A DNA stretch of 64,000 nt from the human T2T-CHM13v2.0 reference genome, Homo sapiens. Position 1 is the first letter of the stretch; each line of letters begins with the position of its first letter. This document shows positions 1-14,449 of this stretch, one piece after another. The stretch is taken from assembly GCF_009914755.1 (NCBI RefSeq), contig NC_060925.1; one strand, given 5' to 3'. Under the pieces are notes generated by a model. It had not been told where the DNA came from. It worked only from the letters and a program-made list of their open reading frames with translations, and ran no database searches. Made by a program: the position numbers and the translations under genes.

Positions 1-15
1 ACGGAGACCCCTTCA

Positions 16-35
16 GGGAGGGAGGGAGGGAGGGA
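16..35 (+). repeat. (GGGA)5 microsatellite, G-quadruplex motif
   Basis: gggagggagggagggaggga read directly. Confidence 0.8.
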
Positions 36-756
36 GCTGGGTAGTGAGGGCCAGGCCTAGGACTCACGTCTGGGTCCCAGGGATTCCCGGGTATGTGTGG
101 TGAGAGGGGAGCCAGAAGCCCAGGTCATCCCGAAACAGGAGGTGACTCGTAGACATTGCTGTTGGCAGCCCTAAGCCCGGGATGGGCATGGCTGGTACCT
201 GGCACAGGTGCTCCCCCCACCCCCTTGCTATGGCAGACCTGGTCAATTGATCCTGATGCTCACGGGCTCAGACTGGGCTTCAGAGTCCTCTCAACGCCGC
301 ACTCCAGGTAGCCCAGCCACTTGCTTAGAGGTGGAGCCTGGATCAGATCCACTTGCTCTCCCCGCCTTCTGGGACTGATGCTCAGACCAGGCCTCAGCCC
401 GCGCAGTCCTCTCTGCTCTGGGGCAGTGGAGAGTGGGGGCTGCTGTGGCTAAGCCAGAGCGGCCTGGAAGCCTTCTCTCCAGGGCCTCACACGGTGCCAT
501 CCATGCATTCAGCTTTCCTCGTGTTTCTGCCTGGAGTAGAGACCATTCTGCTTATTTCCTGGAGGGGAGCCCCTGAGGCTGTGAGGGGGATAGGTCATCT
601 GGTTCCTTCTTTCCCATGGCACCCATGCTCCTTCCCTGTTGTTCTGCGGAAGCCACCAAGAGGCAGTGTCTGTCCGTGCTGAGATTTGCAGTTTCATGGG
701 GACAGCTTCTTACAGGCCCTGACTGAGCAGAGGGGATGGCGTCCCTCTCAGGCTAC

Positions 757-1067
757 TTTTATGTTTATTTTTATTAATTATTCTTTTGAGGCAGAGTCTC
801 ACTCTTTCGCCCAGGCTGGAGTACAGTGGCCCTATCTCGGCTCACTGTACCCTCTGTTTCCTGGGTTCAAGCAATTTTCTGCTTCAGCCTCCCAGGTAGC
901 TGGGATTACAGGCGTGCACCATCATGCCTGGCTAATTTTTGTATTTTTGTAGAGATGGGGTTTCGTCATGTTGCCCAGGCTGGTCTCAAACTCCTGGCCT
1001 CAAGTGATCCACCTGCCTCGGCCTCCTAAAGTGCTGGGATTACAGGTGTGAGCCACCATGCCCAGCC
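757..1067 (-). mobile_element. Alu (older S/J type), antisense
   Basis: T-rich tail then gaggcagagtctcactct...gtgagccaccatgcccagcc. Confidence 0.93.
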
Positions 1068-3518
1068 TCAAGCTCCTTTTAAAAGATGTAGCGGGGCGGG
1101 AGAGCTCCACCTGGGGCCATTCCTGCATGGGCAGGGTGGGGACAAGAGAGGGGACTTTCCCAGTGCCTCCCACCTTTTCTGGGCTTGGGGGATCCACTCT
1201 GGGAGAGGCATGCTGGCCGGAGGAACACCCACACCTGAGTCCTCAGGCAGCCATTCCTCAGACCAAGATGGGCTCCCTGAGTCCTGAGCAAGCCTGGGAC
1301 TGAGCAGGTCTCTCTCAGCCTGCTGTTTCCAGGGATGGGCCTCCAGGGGTGGGCTGTGGAAAACAGCCTTAATGTCTTGCTAGCCAAAAAGCGAAGCATT
1401 TACAACACCTACTGTGTGCCTAGTCCATATCTTCAGTTGTGGGACGGGATACATTGGAACAGGAAGACCTAATCTGTGCTCAGTGAACCTTTACGGTCCA
1501 TAGGAGACACTGAATGGGAAACAGTTTGTCAAAAATGAACACAAAATGCTGGTCATCATGATCAGTGTGGTACAATTTTCAAAGCTAAACTATCATGCCC
1601 TTCAAAACATAATGAAGACAAAAATGCCTTTACGTAAACATGAGCCTGTGTCCAGCCTGGCTGTGTGCCTGACAGGGGTAGGGACTGATGAGACCAATCA
1701 GAGACGCCTCTGAGAGCGGTGAGTTGGAGCTGGGCTTAGGAGCTAGAGGAGACAGGACAGGTGATCCAGGCTGGAGGAGCGGCCCAGGCAGAAGCCCAGG
1801 AACAGCTCGTTGCTGCTTCCTGCAGTTCAGAAGGGGCAGCATGCACTGCTTTAGGGAAGGGGGCTTTGGTTATGAAGCCCCCACTCCCCCCAGTAGCCTC
1901 TCCATATGGCAGGACCCGTGCGTCCCAGCCCTGCTCTGGGCAGTGTGACCAGATGGGGCTCTCGAGTCCTGGCCCAGCCTTTTAGCCTCAGCCTCTGGCG
2001 TTCCTCCTCCTCTCCCATGTTGTCCCCGGCCCTCTTGCTGGGACTGGGAGGAAACCATGCGTGTCTCTCAGAGGGAAGGAGGGATGACAATGCTGAATTC
2101 AGGCTTTCCAGCGGTGGTCCCCATGCTTCCACGGGCATCAGAACCACATGGGTAACTGATTGAATCACAGATGCCAGGGCCTCACCAGGGACTCTGATTC
2201 AGGGGTTGGGTGGGGCCCGGTAATCTGCCTTTTAAGCAGCTCTCTGCCCCCAGGGGGTATAAGGGGCCCACAGAGCACTCCAAGAAATGCTGGGCTGTAC
2301 TCACCATGGCCTGGCCCTGGGACCTCTGGGGGCTGCCTGTGAGCTCGTGTCCCTCACACTCTCAGGCTGGGGGCTTTGGACCCTTCCTCAGCAGAAAAAC
2401 TATGTGGCACAGTTGTTGGGATTTCTAACCACTTGGAGTTTTTCTCTGGCCGTGGCCAAGGCCCACCTGCTCGCTGATCAGCAGGCTCCTAGGGAGACAG
2501 GAGGTTGCGGAGGGCTTTTCCTCTGGTACCCACTTCTGCCAGGGACTCTACTGAGCCTGCCTGTGGTGCTTCACCCTCCTGAGCTGCTTGGGGCGCACCT
2601 GCTCACCCGCTGGCATTGCAGCAGCTGCATGTTTTAGGGCCACTGCTGCTTGGCTATGTGCTGTGTGTGCTGTGGGCACAAGCTGACAGCAGGGGTCTGG
2701 GGATGTGTTTTGTCCTGTTCTTGGAGACTGACCATGGCCAGGCACCCTGCCCAGCTGCAAGAGAACTAATGGAACCCCTTCTTCAGAGATCCGAAGAGGC
2801 CGTCCCTAGGCAGGTGGACTCTTGCCAAAAAAAGTGACCATGGGGTCTGTAGAGGGGCACGGACCCAAGTGGAAGCAGCTGCCTCATCCTGTTATGTGAA
2901 CAAGTGGTCCTGCTGGTGCCAATCCAGGATCTGTGGTTTTTTTTTTTTCCAGTTGTGGGATGGATTGCATTGAACTCTCCCACTCTCCAGTGGTGACCTC
3001 TTTGAAATCAAGGTCTCTGATCCAGCTGGACGGGGACTGGGCAGAACTCATGGATTCATTACAGAAACGCCAGCCCTGGCCCAGCCTGGTCTACCCCCTG
3101 CTCTGATCTGGCCAACTCAGCAAGTGGCCTCTGATCCTAACATTTCCTAGTTCTTCTGACCCTGAGAGAAGTGATGGAGCACCAGAAGGCCCAGGGGCTT
3201 TATGGTTTTATTATGTGAAACTATTTTATGGATGAACAGGACTCAGGTCAAACCCCAAACTCCTCAGTTTTTTGGGAGTCTGGGTAGCTCTCAGAGGGAC
3301 CCCTGTCCTGCATGCATACTTCTTTGCATAACAATATTGAACATTTGCCTAGAATGGTACACTTTACAAAGCAGTGTCATTTAATTTTCCCAGTACCCTA
3401 AGTGGTCAGTATTATTGTCCTTAAGATTCTCATTTTGTTGATCAGAAAACCTGTGTGAAGCTCAGAGAGACTTAAATGATGTAGAATGCAATATCACAGG
3501 TGCCTCATCTGTCTGTAT

Positions 3519-3582
3519 ATCCATCCATCCATCCATCCATCCATCCATCCATCCATCCATCCACTCATCCATTCACCCATCC
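3519..3582. repeat. (TCCA)n microsatellite; degenerate copies at 3961-3992 and 4310-4640
   Basis: About 11 perfect units followed by caacaaatattgagcac (L2 tail). Confidence 0.9.
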
Positions 3583-4091
3583 AACAAATATTGAGCACTT
3601 GCAATTTAAAAGATAATAATGGCTTCCATTTTTTGAATACTTAATAAGCTCTGGGCTTTGCATGTACATTTAATTTTCTCAACAACCCTATGCAGTAGCT
3701 ACTATTATGGCCACTTTACCAGTGAGGAAGCTGCAGCTCAGGTAAAGAGACTTCTCTAGCTAGTAAGCAGAGATCCATGATTTGAGCAGGAGCCTACATG
3801 CCTCCAGAACTCACACTCTTGATCCTTCTGTCTACTTCTCTAGAAGTAGCACCTGTCTTGGTCTTTTGTGTACTTTACCAAATATCACTGTTGCTCATAT
3901 GGTTCGTGCATTTGAATATCTATCTGTTCTTCTGTCCATCTACCTGTTCTCCCATCGGTTTGTCCATCCATCCATCCATCCATCCATCCATCCTCCAGAT
4001 AGTCTGTAAGCTGAGCATCCATTCTTCCATCCAGTTGCCCATCCCCCTCCCTCCCTTTTACCCTTCACCCATCCTCCCTCCATTCATTCTC

Positions 4092-4290
4092 CAGCAGTGT
4101 GCCAGAGGCAGCTAGTGTCAGCTCACAAGAACTCAGGAGCCAGTTATGAGCATCTCTTTACAAATTCCCATTCAGTGATGTCACTTTGGTAGCTTGGAAT
4201 TGGTGGAAGTATTCACACCATGGAAATGCTTCAAAGCAGGGCCCTTTTTCCTGCAGAACTGGTTGTTAAATATTTGCCAGCACAGCACTG
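4092..4290. mobile_element. hAT-type DNA transposon relic, MER63-like
   Basis: Ends cagcagtgtgccag ... ggttgttaaatatttgccagcacagcactg resemble recalled MER63 termini. Confidence 0.5.
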
Positions 4291-4946
4291 CCTGAATCCA
4301 TTCTCCTACCGTCCATCCATCCTCTTATTCCTTCATCTGACTGTCTCTTCATCCATCCATCTGTCCATTTGCCCAGCTATATAGTCACCTAACCAAATTT
4401 ATCCATTTGCTCATCCATCTATTTATCTGTGCATCTATTCATTCATCCATTTATTTATTCATCCATCCATCCCTCTATGAGCCTGTTCGTCTACCCATCC
4501 ACCTGCCTGTCTGTTGCCCATCCATCTGCCAAACTCTTCTTCTACCCTTCCATTCATCTTTCTGTGGATTTACCCACTTATCCATTTATCCCCCAACCTC
4601 ATTCCATCTATCCATCCACCTGCCATCTGTCTATCTCACAAACTTACAGAGAAGCTCCTATGTTACAAGCCCTGTGCTGGGCCACAGGGCCGGGGAGAAG
4701 ACACAGTTCTTGCCCTCAGAGCATTTTCCCTTTTCCCTAAGACAGGAGACCTGGATTTACTCCCCTCCCGCCTCTCCGCCCCAGCAGCCCAGATTCCCTG
4801 CTGCAGAGACCCGGCCCCCAGCTGCCTGGCATGGTGGGGTTGGACACAGCTGGAGCAGATTCCGGGCAGGATCTGGCTGGACTGCTGCCTGGGACCTGGG
4901 GTGCCGCATCCCGCCTGCCCGAGCTGTCCGTCCGCACTTTACCTGA

Positions 4947-5595
<649 letters not shown>

Positions 5596-5749
5596 GTGTT
5601 GCTGACATTGGATGTTCCTATCTCTCCACACTATTCAGAGGAATCCAGGATAAGGAAGTCTGTAGGAGAAATCACAGTACTTGCTTAAACTTTTGGATGA
5701 TGATATCGACAACAGTAGCTTCCATTAACTGAGCACCTGCTCTGTGTCT

Positions 5750-5960
5750 TGGCTAAAGGCATGGACTTTCGAGGTCTGTGGGCCTGGTTTGAATCCCAAT
5801 CTCACCACTTCCTCATGGTGTGATCCTGAGCAGGCCCCTTGGCCTCTCTGAGCCTCGGTTTCCCTGCCTTTGAAATGGGGGCATTCACAGTACCAGCCCC
5901 CAGGGTGGCTTTGAAGGTCAACGATCAGGCCTCTTGGGTGTACGGTGCTGTGCTGGGTCT
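5750..5960 (+). mobile_element. MIR
   Basis: ggtttgaatcccaatctcaccactt...tgtgatcctgagca...ctctgagcctcggtttccc...aaatgggg. Confidence 0.7.
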
Positions 5961-7009
5961 AGAAGCTCAGTGGACAGTGGCTGTTGTTATCTACATGCCT
6001 GACCGCCCTGTCCTTGTGGCACTCTGGGCAGTAGCTGCCTTTCTGCATCTTTTAGTGTCAAGTACCCGGCTAGTGGCCACAGCAGTGGTTCACGACAGAG
6101 CTGGGATTCCAACTTGGGTCTGCAGTGTGCCAGAGCTCAAACGTCCTCCATCCTGCAGTGCTGCCCGCTTTATTGGAATGTGAAGCCTTCCAGGAGGAGG
6201 AGAGCAGACCCTTTACAGTTACGAGACCTTTCACAGATACCCGCGAGAGGCCTGCAACCCAGGGTAGGGGCGGGGCTAACCTCTCAGGAAGCCAAGGCTT
6301 AGAGAGGTGCCCAGAGCTAGAGAAGGGCAGAGTCTAAGACTGGGCCTTTCCCCCGCTTCGGCCACACACTGTGGGAATGGGTGGATTCGGCAGGTGTACT
6401 CGGGGACACCTTCTAGGGTGTTGGCCTGTTCTTTTTTGCCCAGGAAAATGCCAAGAGAAGGGCCTCAGATGATCCCTTGAAAGACCACTTTGGGGGCTCG
6501 CAGGACAGCACCACTGATGGCTTTCTGCCAGGACAGGAACTGGATTCTGGAACAGAGGTTTCAGATCTCTGAGGGTGTGACCCCCTCCTCCCACCCCCCA
6601 ACAAGAAGAAGATGAGCGTCTATGCCATCCCTTTCGTTAGATTCTCAAAGGCCTCTATGATTACTCCCCTTGCCCAACCCCAGAAAAGGCCAAGCACAGC
6701 TTCTCTAGGATTGTCCCGTAGAAATGCAGGGCAGGCAGGGGACTTCCTTCTTTTTCCCTGCTGCTGGTTCCTTCCAGAAAGTCAGCCTTGTTCCTTGAAA
6801 GCCACCACCCCTGCTTCCCCATGCACAGCACCTGGTGGCTTTTCAGCAACCCTTCCTTGCCCAGACCCCCAAGAAGTGCTTGGATACTTAAGTGGGGACC
6901 AAAGGGTTATTGGAGGTGATAGAGCAGAGACCAGAGACAACCCCACCCCGCAGATTAGTGCTCCCCACCTTCAGCAGAGAGTTTTAGGAAGGAGAAGGTT
7001 TTCTTAGGA

Positions 7010-7208
7010 CTGCACTGTCCATTATGATAGCCACGTGGCTCTTTAAATGGAAATTAACTAAAAGTAAATATAATTAGAAATTTGGGTGCTTCCTCGCACC
7101 AGCACATTTCAAGTGCTCAATAGTCGCATGTGGCCCGTGGCTCCCATTTTGGACAGGGCAGATACAGAGTGTTTCTGTCATTGCAGAGCCTTCTCTTTGC
7201 TGGTGCTG
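7010..7208 (-). mobile_element. MER3-like (hAT-Charlie) relic
   Basis: gcactgtcc...cacatttcaagtgctcaatagtcgcatgtggc...ttggacagggcagat, reverse of the recalled MER3 consensus. Confidence 0.7.
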
Positions 7209-8078
7209 CTGTATGCTGGAGAAGATGCGGGTGCTAGGGCTGGGGCTTGGGAGGACAAAGGACTGGCTGAGGGGACAGCAGCTCTGTCAGGCCTGGGTTC
7301 CCCCAGCACCTCGGATGCCCACTTCCCTCTTCTGGGCACGCGGTCTCCTTACGTCTCATGTTCTGCTTAGCTTGCTACGCTCGTGTCCATGGATCCCCTC
7401 CCCACTGCCAGAGGAAGCTGCCTCTTCTTTCTGGCAACTTCAGCCTTTTCTCCTTTTCCCGGATGGTGGCTCAGTAAGAAACCTGGCTGTTTCGGGGGAG
7501 GCAAGGGACGGGTCCCTCACCTGGGTTTGGCGGATGGGATGGGGGTGTGCACACACCTCCTTTAGTTGCTCCTAAGGTCATGTTCAACATTCGTGGAGTG
7601 CATTTTTCTGCTCAGGGAGCTTTCCCAGACCCGGAATGTTTGGTGCTCACAGACCCTGGCAAGGATCGGTATTGCTGTTCCTCAGTTTTGCCTGGGGAAA
7701 TGGAGGCTCAGTGACGTTCAGTGACGTGCCCAGAGTCATGCCATTGGCGGGTGGCCCAGGGCTCCAGGTCTCCAGCACCCCTCGGCCCCCTCCTCACCAG
7801 GTCACATCATCTCCTGGATTAGAAATCTGCTCACATAGTCTGTCCTGAAAGGAAAAAAATCGGTTACAGCCTCCTGTTGCCCCTAAAGAGGGAGATCCCC
7901 GGGCATGAACGCACCTTCTCACCCCCACTGTCGTCCTTGGCCTTTGCTCACGGACCTGGGAGGGAAGGGTCTGGGTGGTTCTGATCTCTGCAGGCCGAGG
8001 CCTGGGGAGGCGGGTGGCCCTCGGTAGCAGGCATCCCAGGCCGTCCCTTCCCTGATGAGCCTCTCTACCTTTGCTCAG

Positions 8079-8187
8079 ATGACCCAGCTCATGAAGGCCG
8101 CCAAGAGCGGGACCAAGGATGGGCTGGAGAAGACACGGATGGCCGTGATGCGCAAAGTCTCCTTCCTGCACAGGAAGGACGTCCTCG
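8079..8187 (+). CDS. ARHGEF10L: Exon B, 109 nt ([37 protein letters not shown])
   Basis: ttgctcAG|atgacc ... gtcctcg|GTgagg; phase 0-1. Confidence 0.95.
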
Positions 8188-10239
8188 GTGAGGCGCTGCC
8201 CGAGCGGGAGGGTCTGGTGCCCAGCTCTGACTGGGGGTCGGGGAGGGTGGGATTTTGCTTTACACCCCAGAGGTCATGCTGGGTGGGTACCACTTGGCGT
8301 ATGGTTCCTCTGGTGGTGGGGGTTGGGGGCTGAGTCCCAAATATCCTGGTAGGTCCCAGTGTGCCTCCCCCTCCTCTGGCAGGCGTGGCCTGTCCCTTCT
8401 GGGAGAGCTGGGCCTCTTCTTTCAGCGTCCCTGCTCCTGCTTTTGTCACGGCCGTCTTGGCCTCCTGCCCCCTGCGCTGTCTGGCTCACCTGTCCTCATC
8501 TTTTTTGTTCCTGTTCCCTCCTTCCTTTATCCATCCACCCATCTCTCCAACCAGCTGACATTTACGGAATCCTACTAAGCGCCACAGCCTGTGCTGCATG
8601 CAGGGACCCACGATGCATGTATCAGCAGTGCCTCTGGGGCCAGCTGTTGGCACAGCGCGGGAGACAGGCACAGGCATGGGAAATGACAGGACAGGTTGAC
8701 AAGTGGTCCACTGGGGTGCCCTGGGGGGCATGGAGGAAATGAGGATGGACTTGGGGGATGAAAGGTCAGGGAAGGAGGAGGCACAGGTCACCAGGCAGAG
8801 CGGAGTGGGTGCTCTGGGAAGAGGAGCGAGCGGGTGTGCAGAGCCCCGGATGTGGGAAAGTACGAGATGTTCCAGAGATGCTCTTAGTCAGCACTGACTG
8901 AGTATTTATTGTGTGCCAGGTGCTGCCCTATGAGCCTACAGTTCCTCACTTCATCCTTATCCTCACCACACAAGGCGCACAGAACTCTCACATTCCCACG
9001 CAGCAGATGAGGGAATAGGCACAGAGAGGTTGTGTCAGGGCTGAGGACACACAGGCCTGGAAGGGATAGAGGAGGCCTCAGGTGGCGGAAGTGAGGGCGG
9101 GCATGATAGGCCAGGGTCCGGTCAGTACAGGCTCTGTCAGCCTTGCTGGGCATTTGCCTTTGGTCTTAAGGATGCTGCATAAACCCCATTAGAGGGTTTT
9201 ACGCAGAAGCGTCCCATGGTCAGATTTGATCAATTGATCATTCATGTGACAAGTTTTATTAAGCATCTACTATGTGCTAGGAACTGTCCTAAAGCCATGG
9301 GACACAGCTGTGAATATGAGTCCTGCCCCTGATCCCCTGAAGCCCCCTTCAGGTGCCTACCCTTGCTCCTGGTCCCCACCAGGCTCCAGTCCATTCCTCT
9401 GGAGAATGTCTAGGTCAGGGCCCCTGATGTATTCCCAGGCATTGGTGGGACAGGGTCAAGTAAGACCGGCCCCTGCTGCCCATCTCACATCTTTAGAGGT
9501 GACAGACAAGGAGACAAGGAATCCCAGTACAGTGGGCTCACAGCTGATGGAATTCTGGGATGCCAGTTCTCTTTGGAAGGAAGGAGGCTTTGTCTGCTGC
9601 CTGCCCTCGGCACATGGCCTGATGCAGCAGAAGGAACACAGGCCTCGAGCCAGGCAGGACTTTGAGAGCCTGTGTCATCCTAGAAAATTCTGTAATCTCC
9701 CTGTGCCTCAGTTTCCTCATCCGTACAGTGGGGTGGCTGTCTGTCTTGTAGGGCTGTGGTGAGGATGTCCTAGGTAGTATGAGGAGAGAGAGAGCCCCAT
9801 GTAGCAGACGTTATTCTTGGTGGGCGGTCAGTCCCTAAGTGGAGGCGTTTGGTGCCAGGACGGCCTCGTGCTGGCCTGTTCAGACCCTGGCTCTGCGGCT
9901 TTCTGGCTGTGTCGCCTTGCACTTTTTCCCCTCTTGGGGCGGCAGACCATAAATGGGTTTTCATCTGTAACATGGGTTGAGCCCCACCCGTGCACTTGGT
10001 GCGGTGCTCAGCCAGAGTGGGTGTGCACAGGCCTGGCACAGGCTGGGTGCTCAGTGAATGTCCATGTTCCCTCTGCATTTTGGGGAGCACTGACCCCCGA
10101 TGATGGAGGGAGCAGGCCAAGTGGCCATTCTAAACTCATTGAGATGGTCCGAAGACAGGATAACGTGGCCAGGCCAGCTGGCTGGGAACTCTTCCTGGGT
10201 CACCCTCCCAACCCCAGGCTGGCTAGGGCTCTCCTCAGC

Positions 10240-10340
10240 CCTCCCCACCCCGCCCACAAGCCCAGCGCCTTCCTGAAGTGACCCTCCCTGCAGAGGCGAT
10301 ATTAATAGCCGTGGCAGGGCTCGAATCACAGGCCAAGAAT
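10240..10340 (+). promoter_or_regulatory. Candidate internal promoter upstream of the alternative first exon
   Basis: GC box CCCCGCCC at 10248-10255, AT-rich TATA-like ATATTAATAG at 10299-10308, locally retained CpGs. Confidence 0.4.
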
Positions 10341-10507
10341 GTTACCCAGCAGCTCGTGGGGGAAGAGGAAGCTGCGAGGCAGGCTGGGGTGGGTGCGGAG
10401 TGATGCCCGGGGCGTGATGTGGGCCCGGCAGGAGGGTCTGCACCACCCCCACCCCCACGCCGTCATCCGCTGTCCCTCCTCCTCCTCCTCCTCTGTCTCC
10501 TGCTCAG
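10339..10507 (+). CDS. ARHGEF10L: Candidate alternative first coding exon (MLPSSSWGKRKLRGRLGWVRSDARGVMWARQEGLHHPHPHAVIRCPSSSSSSVSCS-G)
   Basis: ATG at 10339 with A at -3, 56 open codons, then a strong donor CAG|GTAAGG in phase 1 that joins exon C in frame. Confidence 0.6.
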
Positions 10508-10938
10508 GTAAGGGCCTATTGGGGTGTCTCTACCCCCTCCCACCCTTGGGGTTGCTGCCGCTTCTTCTTTCCTCCCCAGCTTCCTCACAGCTCCCATTTC
10601 CTGCTGCCCACAGCCACCGCTGGAGTCAGAGCCATTCAGCAGCTGGGATCCCCTCTCCCGGCACCTGTACCTTGCTCTGTTGGGGGCTGGAACCCTCTCC
10701 GGAGCCTCCCTCACTATCTGACCTCCTCCCACTCTCAGAGGCTTGGGCCTCTGTCCATCTCATTCCGTCCTCCGTCTGAGGTCCAGCTCCACTCACTCCT
10801 GGGATTCCATGTCAGGCTCCTGTTGAACTTTTTCCCTTTAGCTCTGCATGTTTTATTTCAAAAGGAAAGTGCCAAACCACGCTGCCCTGTTCTTCTCGGG
10901 GCTTATTTTCTTCCCCCTTTTAGACTTCCAGAAGAAAA

Positions 10939-10948
10939 CTATTTTTAG
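10939..10948. promoter_or_regulatory. MEF2 consensus site
   Basis: CTATTTTTAG is an exact match to CTA(A/T)4TAG; motif only. Confidence 0.35.
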
Positions 10949-11262
10949 TTCCTAGTGATGGGGACATGGGCAGCTAGCCTTCGCCAGGCCAGAGCGGGCG
11001 GGCCTGAGCAGGGACAGTGGCTTCTGGCAGCATGGACGCCGAGAACCCAGGCCCCACAGGACGCAGCTTTGATTTCTGCCTGTTCACCCTCTCGCTCACT
11101 TGCTCACAATTATTCACTGATGGAATGTTCCAGGCCCTGGGACGTAGCAGGGAACTCCTGAGAAGGAGCTACCGGGCGGCTCTAACCCCACGGGGCCCCA
11201 GGAGCTGCTTGCACCCTAGGACCTGGGTCCAAGGCTGGTCTAGGGGGGCTCTCAGCTCCTGA

Positions 11263-11580
<318 letters not shown>

Positions 11581-11891
11581 TAGGTTCTCTCCTCAGCTAT
11601 TGAACAGGCTTTCCACTTTCTACCCCGTGTGCTCTGTGCTGTTGGTTTTGGGGGGTGGGCTCCCGGCATCTAGAACGCTTGCGTCCCCCAACTCCATGGC
11701 ATGCAGAGCAGTCCCGTTGGCTGTTTCTGACTAAGGTGTCATTTGAAGAATGAGATGGGATCCAGACTCAGGTGAGGCTGCAGGTGTGTAGGTGCCCAGT
11801 CCCTGCCATCTGTCCACCTGTCCTCACCCTGGGCCTCAGAGCTGCCACAAGCTCCCACCAGGAACTGAGGCTCTTTAAGAATGGCTTCCTT

Positions 11892-12264
<373 letters not shown>

Positions 12265-13011
12265 TCAGCCCAGTCATGTTGTCCCTTCGCTATCTGTGTT
12301 TTGCCAGCCATGAAACAGGGTGCGAGATCCCTGATTCCTCTGGCTGTGAGGCCACTGAGCAGGATGTGTTGTAGGATGGTGGGTAGAGACCAGGGAAGCT
12401 GCTGAACATCCTACGAGGCACGGGACAGCCCCACTATGGGGAGTTACTTGGCCCCAGATGTCCTTGTGCTCTGCTCTGGGTGCCACTTGAGTACCTGGGG
12501 ATTGTTGACAATGGATCAACAATGGGACAGTGGTCTTGCCATCTGCTGGGACTGTGTGGCCAGGCCATGGCCAGGCCTGGCTGCAGGCAGGGCAGTGGGA
12601 AGATGGGAGAAGAGCCTGCTGGAGGCAGGAGGAGGCAGCAGAGGGAGTAGGGCAGGGAGCCGGGGTTCTGGTGGTGGTGGGCTCCTGATGGACGCTCAGG
12701 ACAGCTGTGGGGGTAGAGTAGGGGGTCAGTCACCTCCCAACCCGAGATCGAGAGGGATGGGCTCCCCTTCAGACCCCTGTCACATGTGACACCTCCTGTG
12801 AGCAGCGTCCTAACTTTGCTGCACAATAGAGCCACCTGGGAAGATTTCAAAGTCCCTGGTATCCAGGTTCCACCTTGTTCAGAGGACGGTAGAACTTCAG
12901 AAGGTCTGGGGTGGGAGCCAGGTGACTGTGTTGGAAAGATCCTCAGCTGAGGGAGGTGCAAGCCACACCATGCTCGACGGGGTACTGCAGGCTGCAGCTG
13001 AGGGGTTGTGA

Positions 13012-13531
<520 letters not shown>

Positions 13532-13849
13532 TAGAGTTGTCCAAAGATGGAGGTGGTCACCCGCCACCATGGAGGAGCGTGGTGATTACCCCATCCCCAG
13601 ATGTATGTGCACAGAGGGGCTTTCCCTGGGATGTGCCCTTCCTCCTCCATTCTGTAGCCAGGCAGCAGGGCATTTATTTAGGGTTGGCAGGGGCTCTGGA
13701 AGGAAGAGTGGCCACCAGGCCCAGTGGTCCCAGGTGGGACCTGGGAGGGATGGGTTTCTCTGTCCTATAGTTGTCAGCTCCCCTTCCTGTCACTTGGGCC
13801 CTGTGCAGCAGGTGTCATGTGCGCTGACCGTGCTTTTTGGCCCGAGCAG

Positions 13850-13927
13850 GTGGTCCGGAGGCATATCCTGGGCTCCATCGTGCAGAGCGAAGGCAGCTAC
13901 GTGGAGTCTCTGAAGCGGATACTCCAG
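13850..13927 (+). CDS. ARHGEF10L: Exon D, 78 nt, start of DH domain ([26 protein letters not shown])
   Basis: cccgagcAG|gtggtc ... ctccag|GTgcga; DH conserved-region-1 motif SEGSYVESL; phase 0-0. Confidence 0.96.
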
Positions 13928-14412
13928 GTGCGACTTCAGGGAGTTCTCAAGGGTCTCTGGGGAGAAGCAGGGAGGGCCCTGGAGGGTAACTTTATACGGA
14001 GTGTTTGGGGACTGTGGGCAGTTTTAAGGGGACAGGACCATAAGCCAGCACTGCTTTATGGGGACAGTAGAACCTCCAAATGTAGGCAGCAAGAATTCCT
14101 GATGCCCTGGTGTTCACGGGAGTGACTTCTTTGTGAACAAAATGGGATTCTTTGAAATGACTCCTGGAGAGCTGAGGGCATATACTCCCATTTATGACTG
14201 GAAGGCACTGTGTCCTCCTGCCACTCTGGAAGCCCCTGGGGCTTGGGCCATGTCTTCCCATCCTCCTGGGATCCTTAGTTGGGAAGATGTGTAGGATGGA
14301 GTCCTCCTTCTTGCATCGAGAGGAGTAGGATCGAGTCCTCTTTTTTGCATCAGGAGGCCCAGGGGTTGCTGAGCAGATGCTTGCATGAAGTGACTAGTAT
14401 GTGCCAACCTGA

Positions 14413-14449
14413 GAATCCCTGAGACAGTGTTTGAATCCCTGAGACAGTG
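14413..14449. repeat. Short direct duplication (gaatccctgagacagtg x2, 20-bp period)
   Basis: Read directly. Confidence 0.8.
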
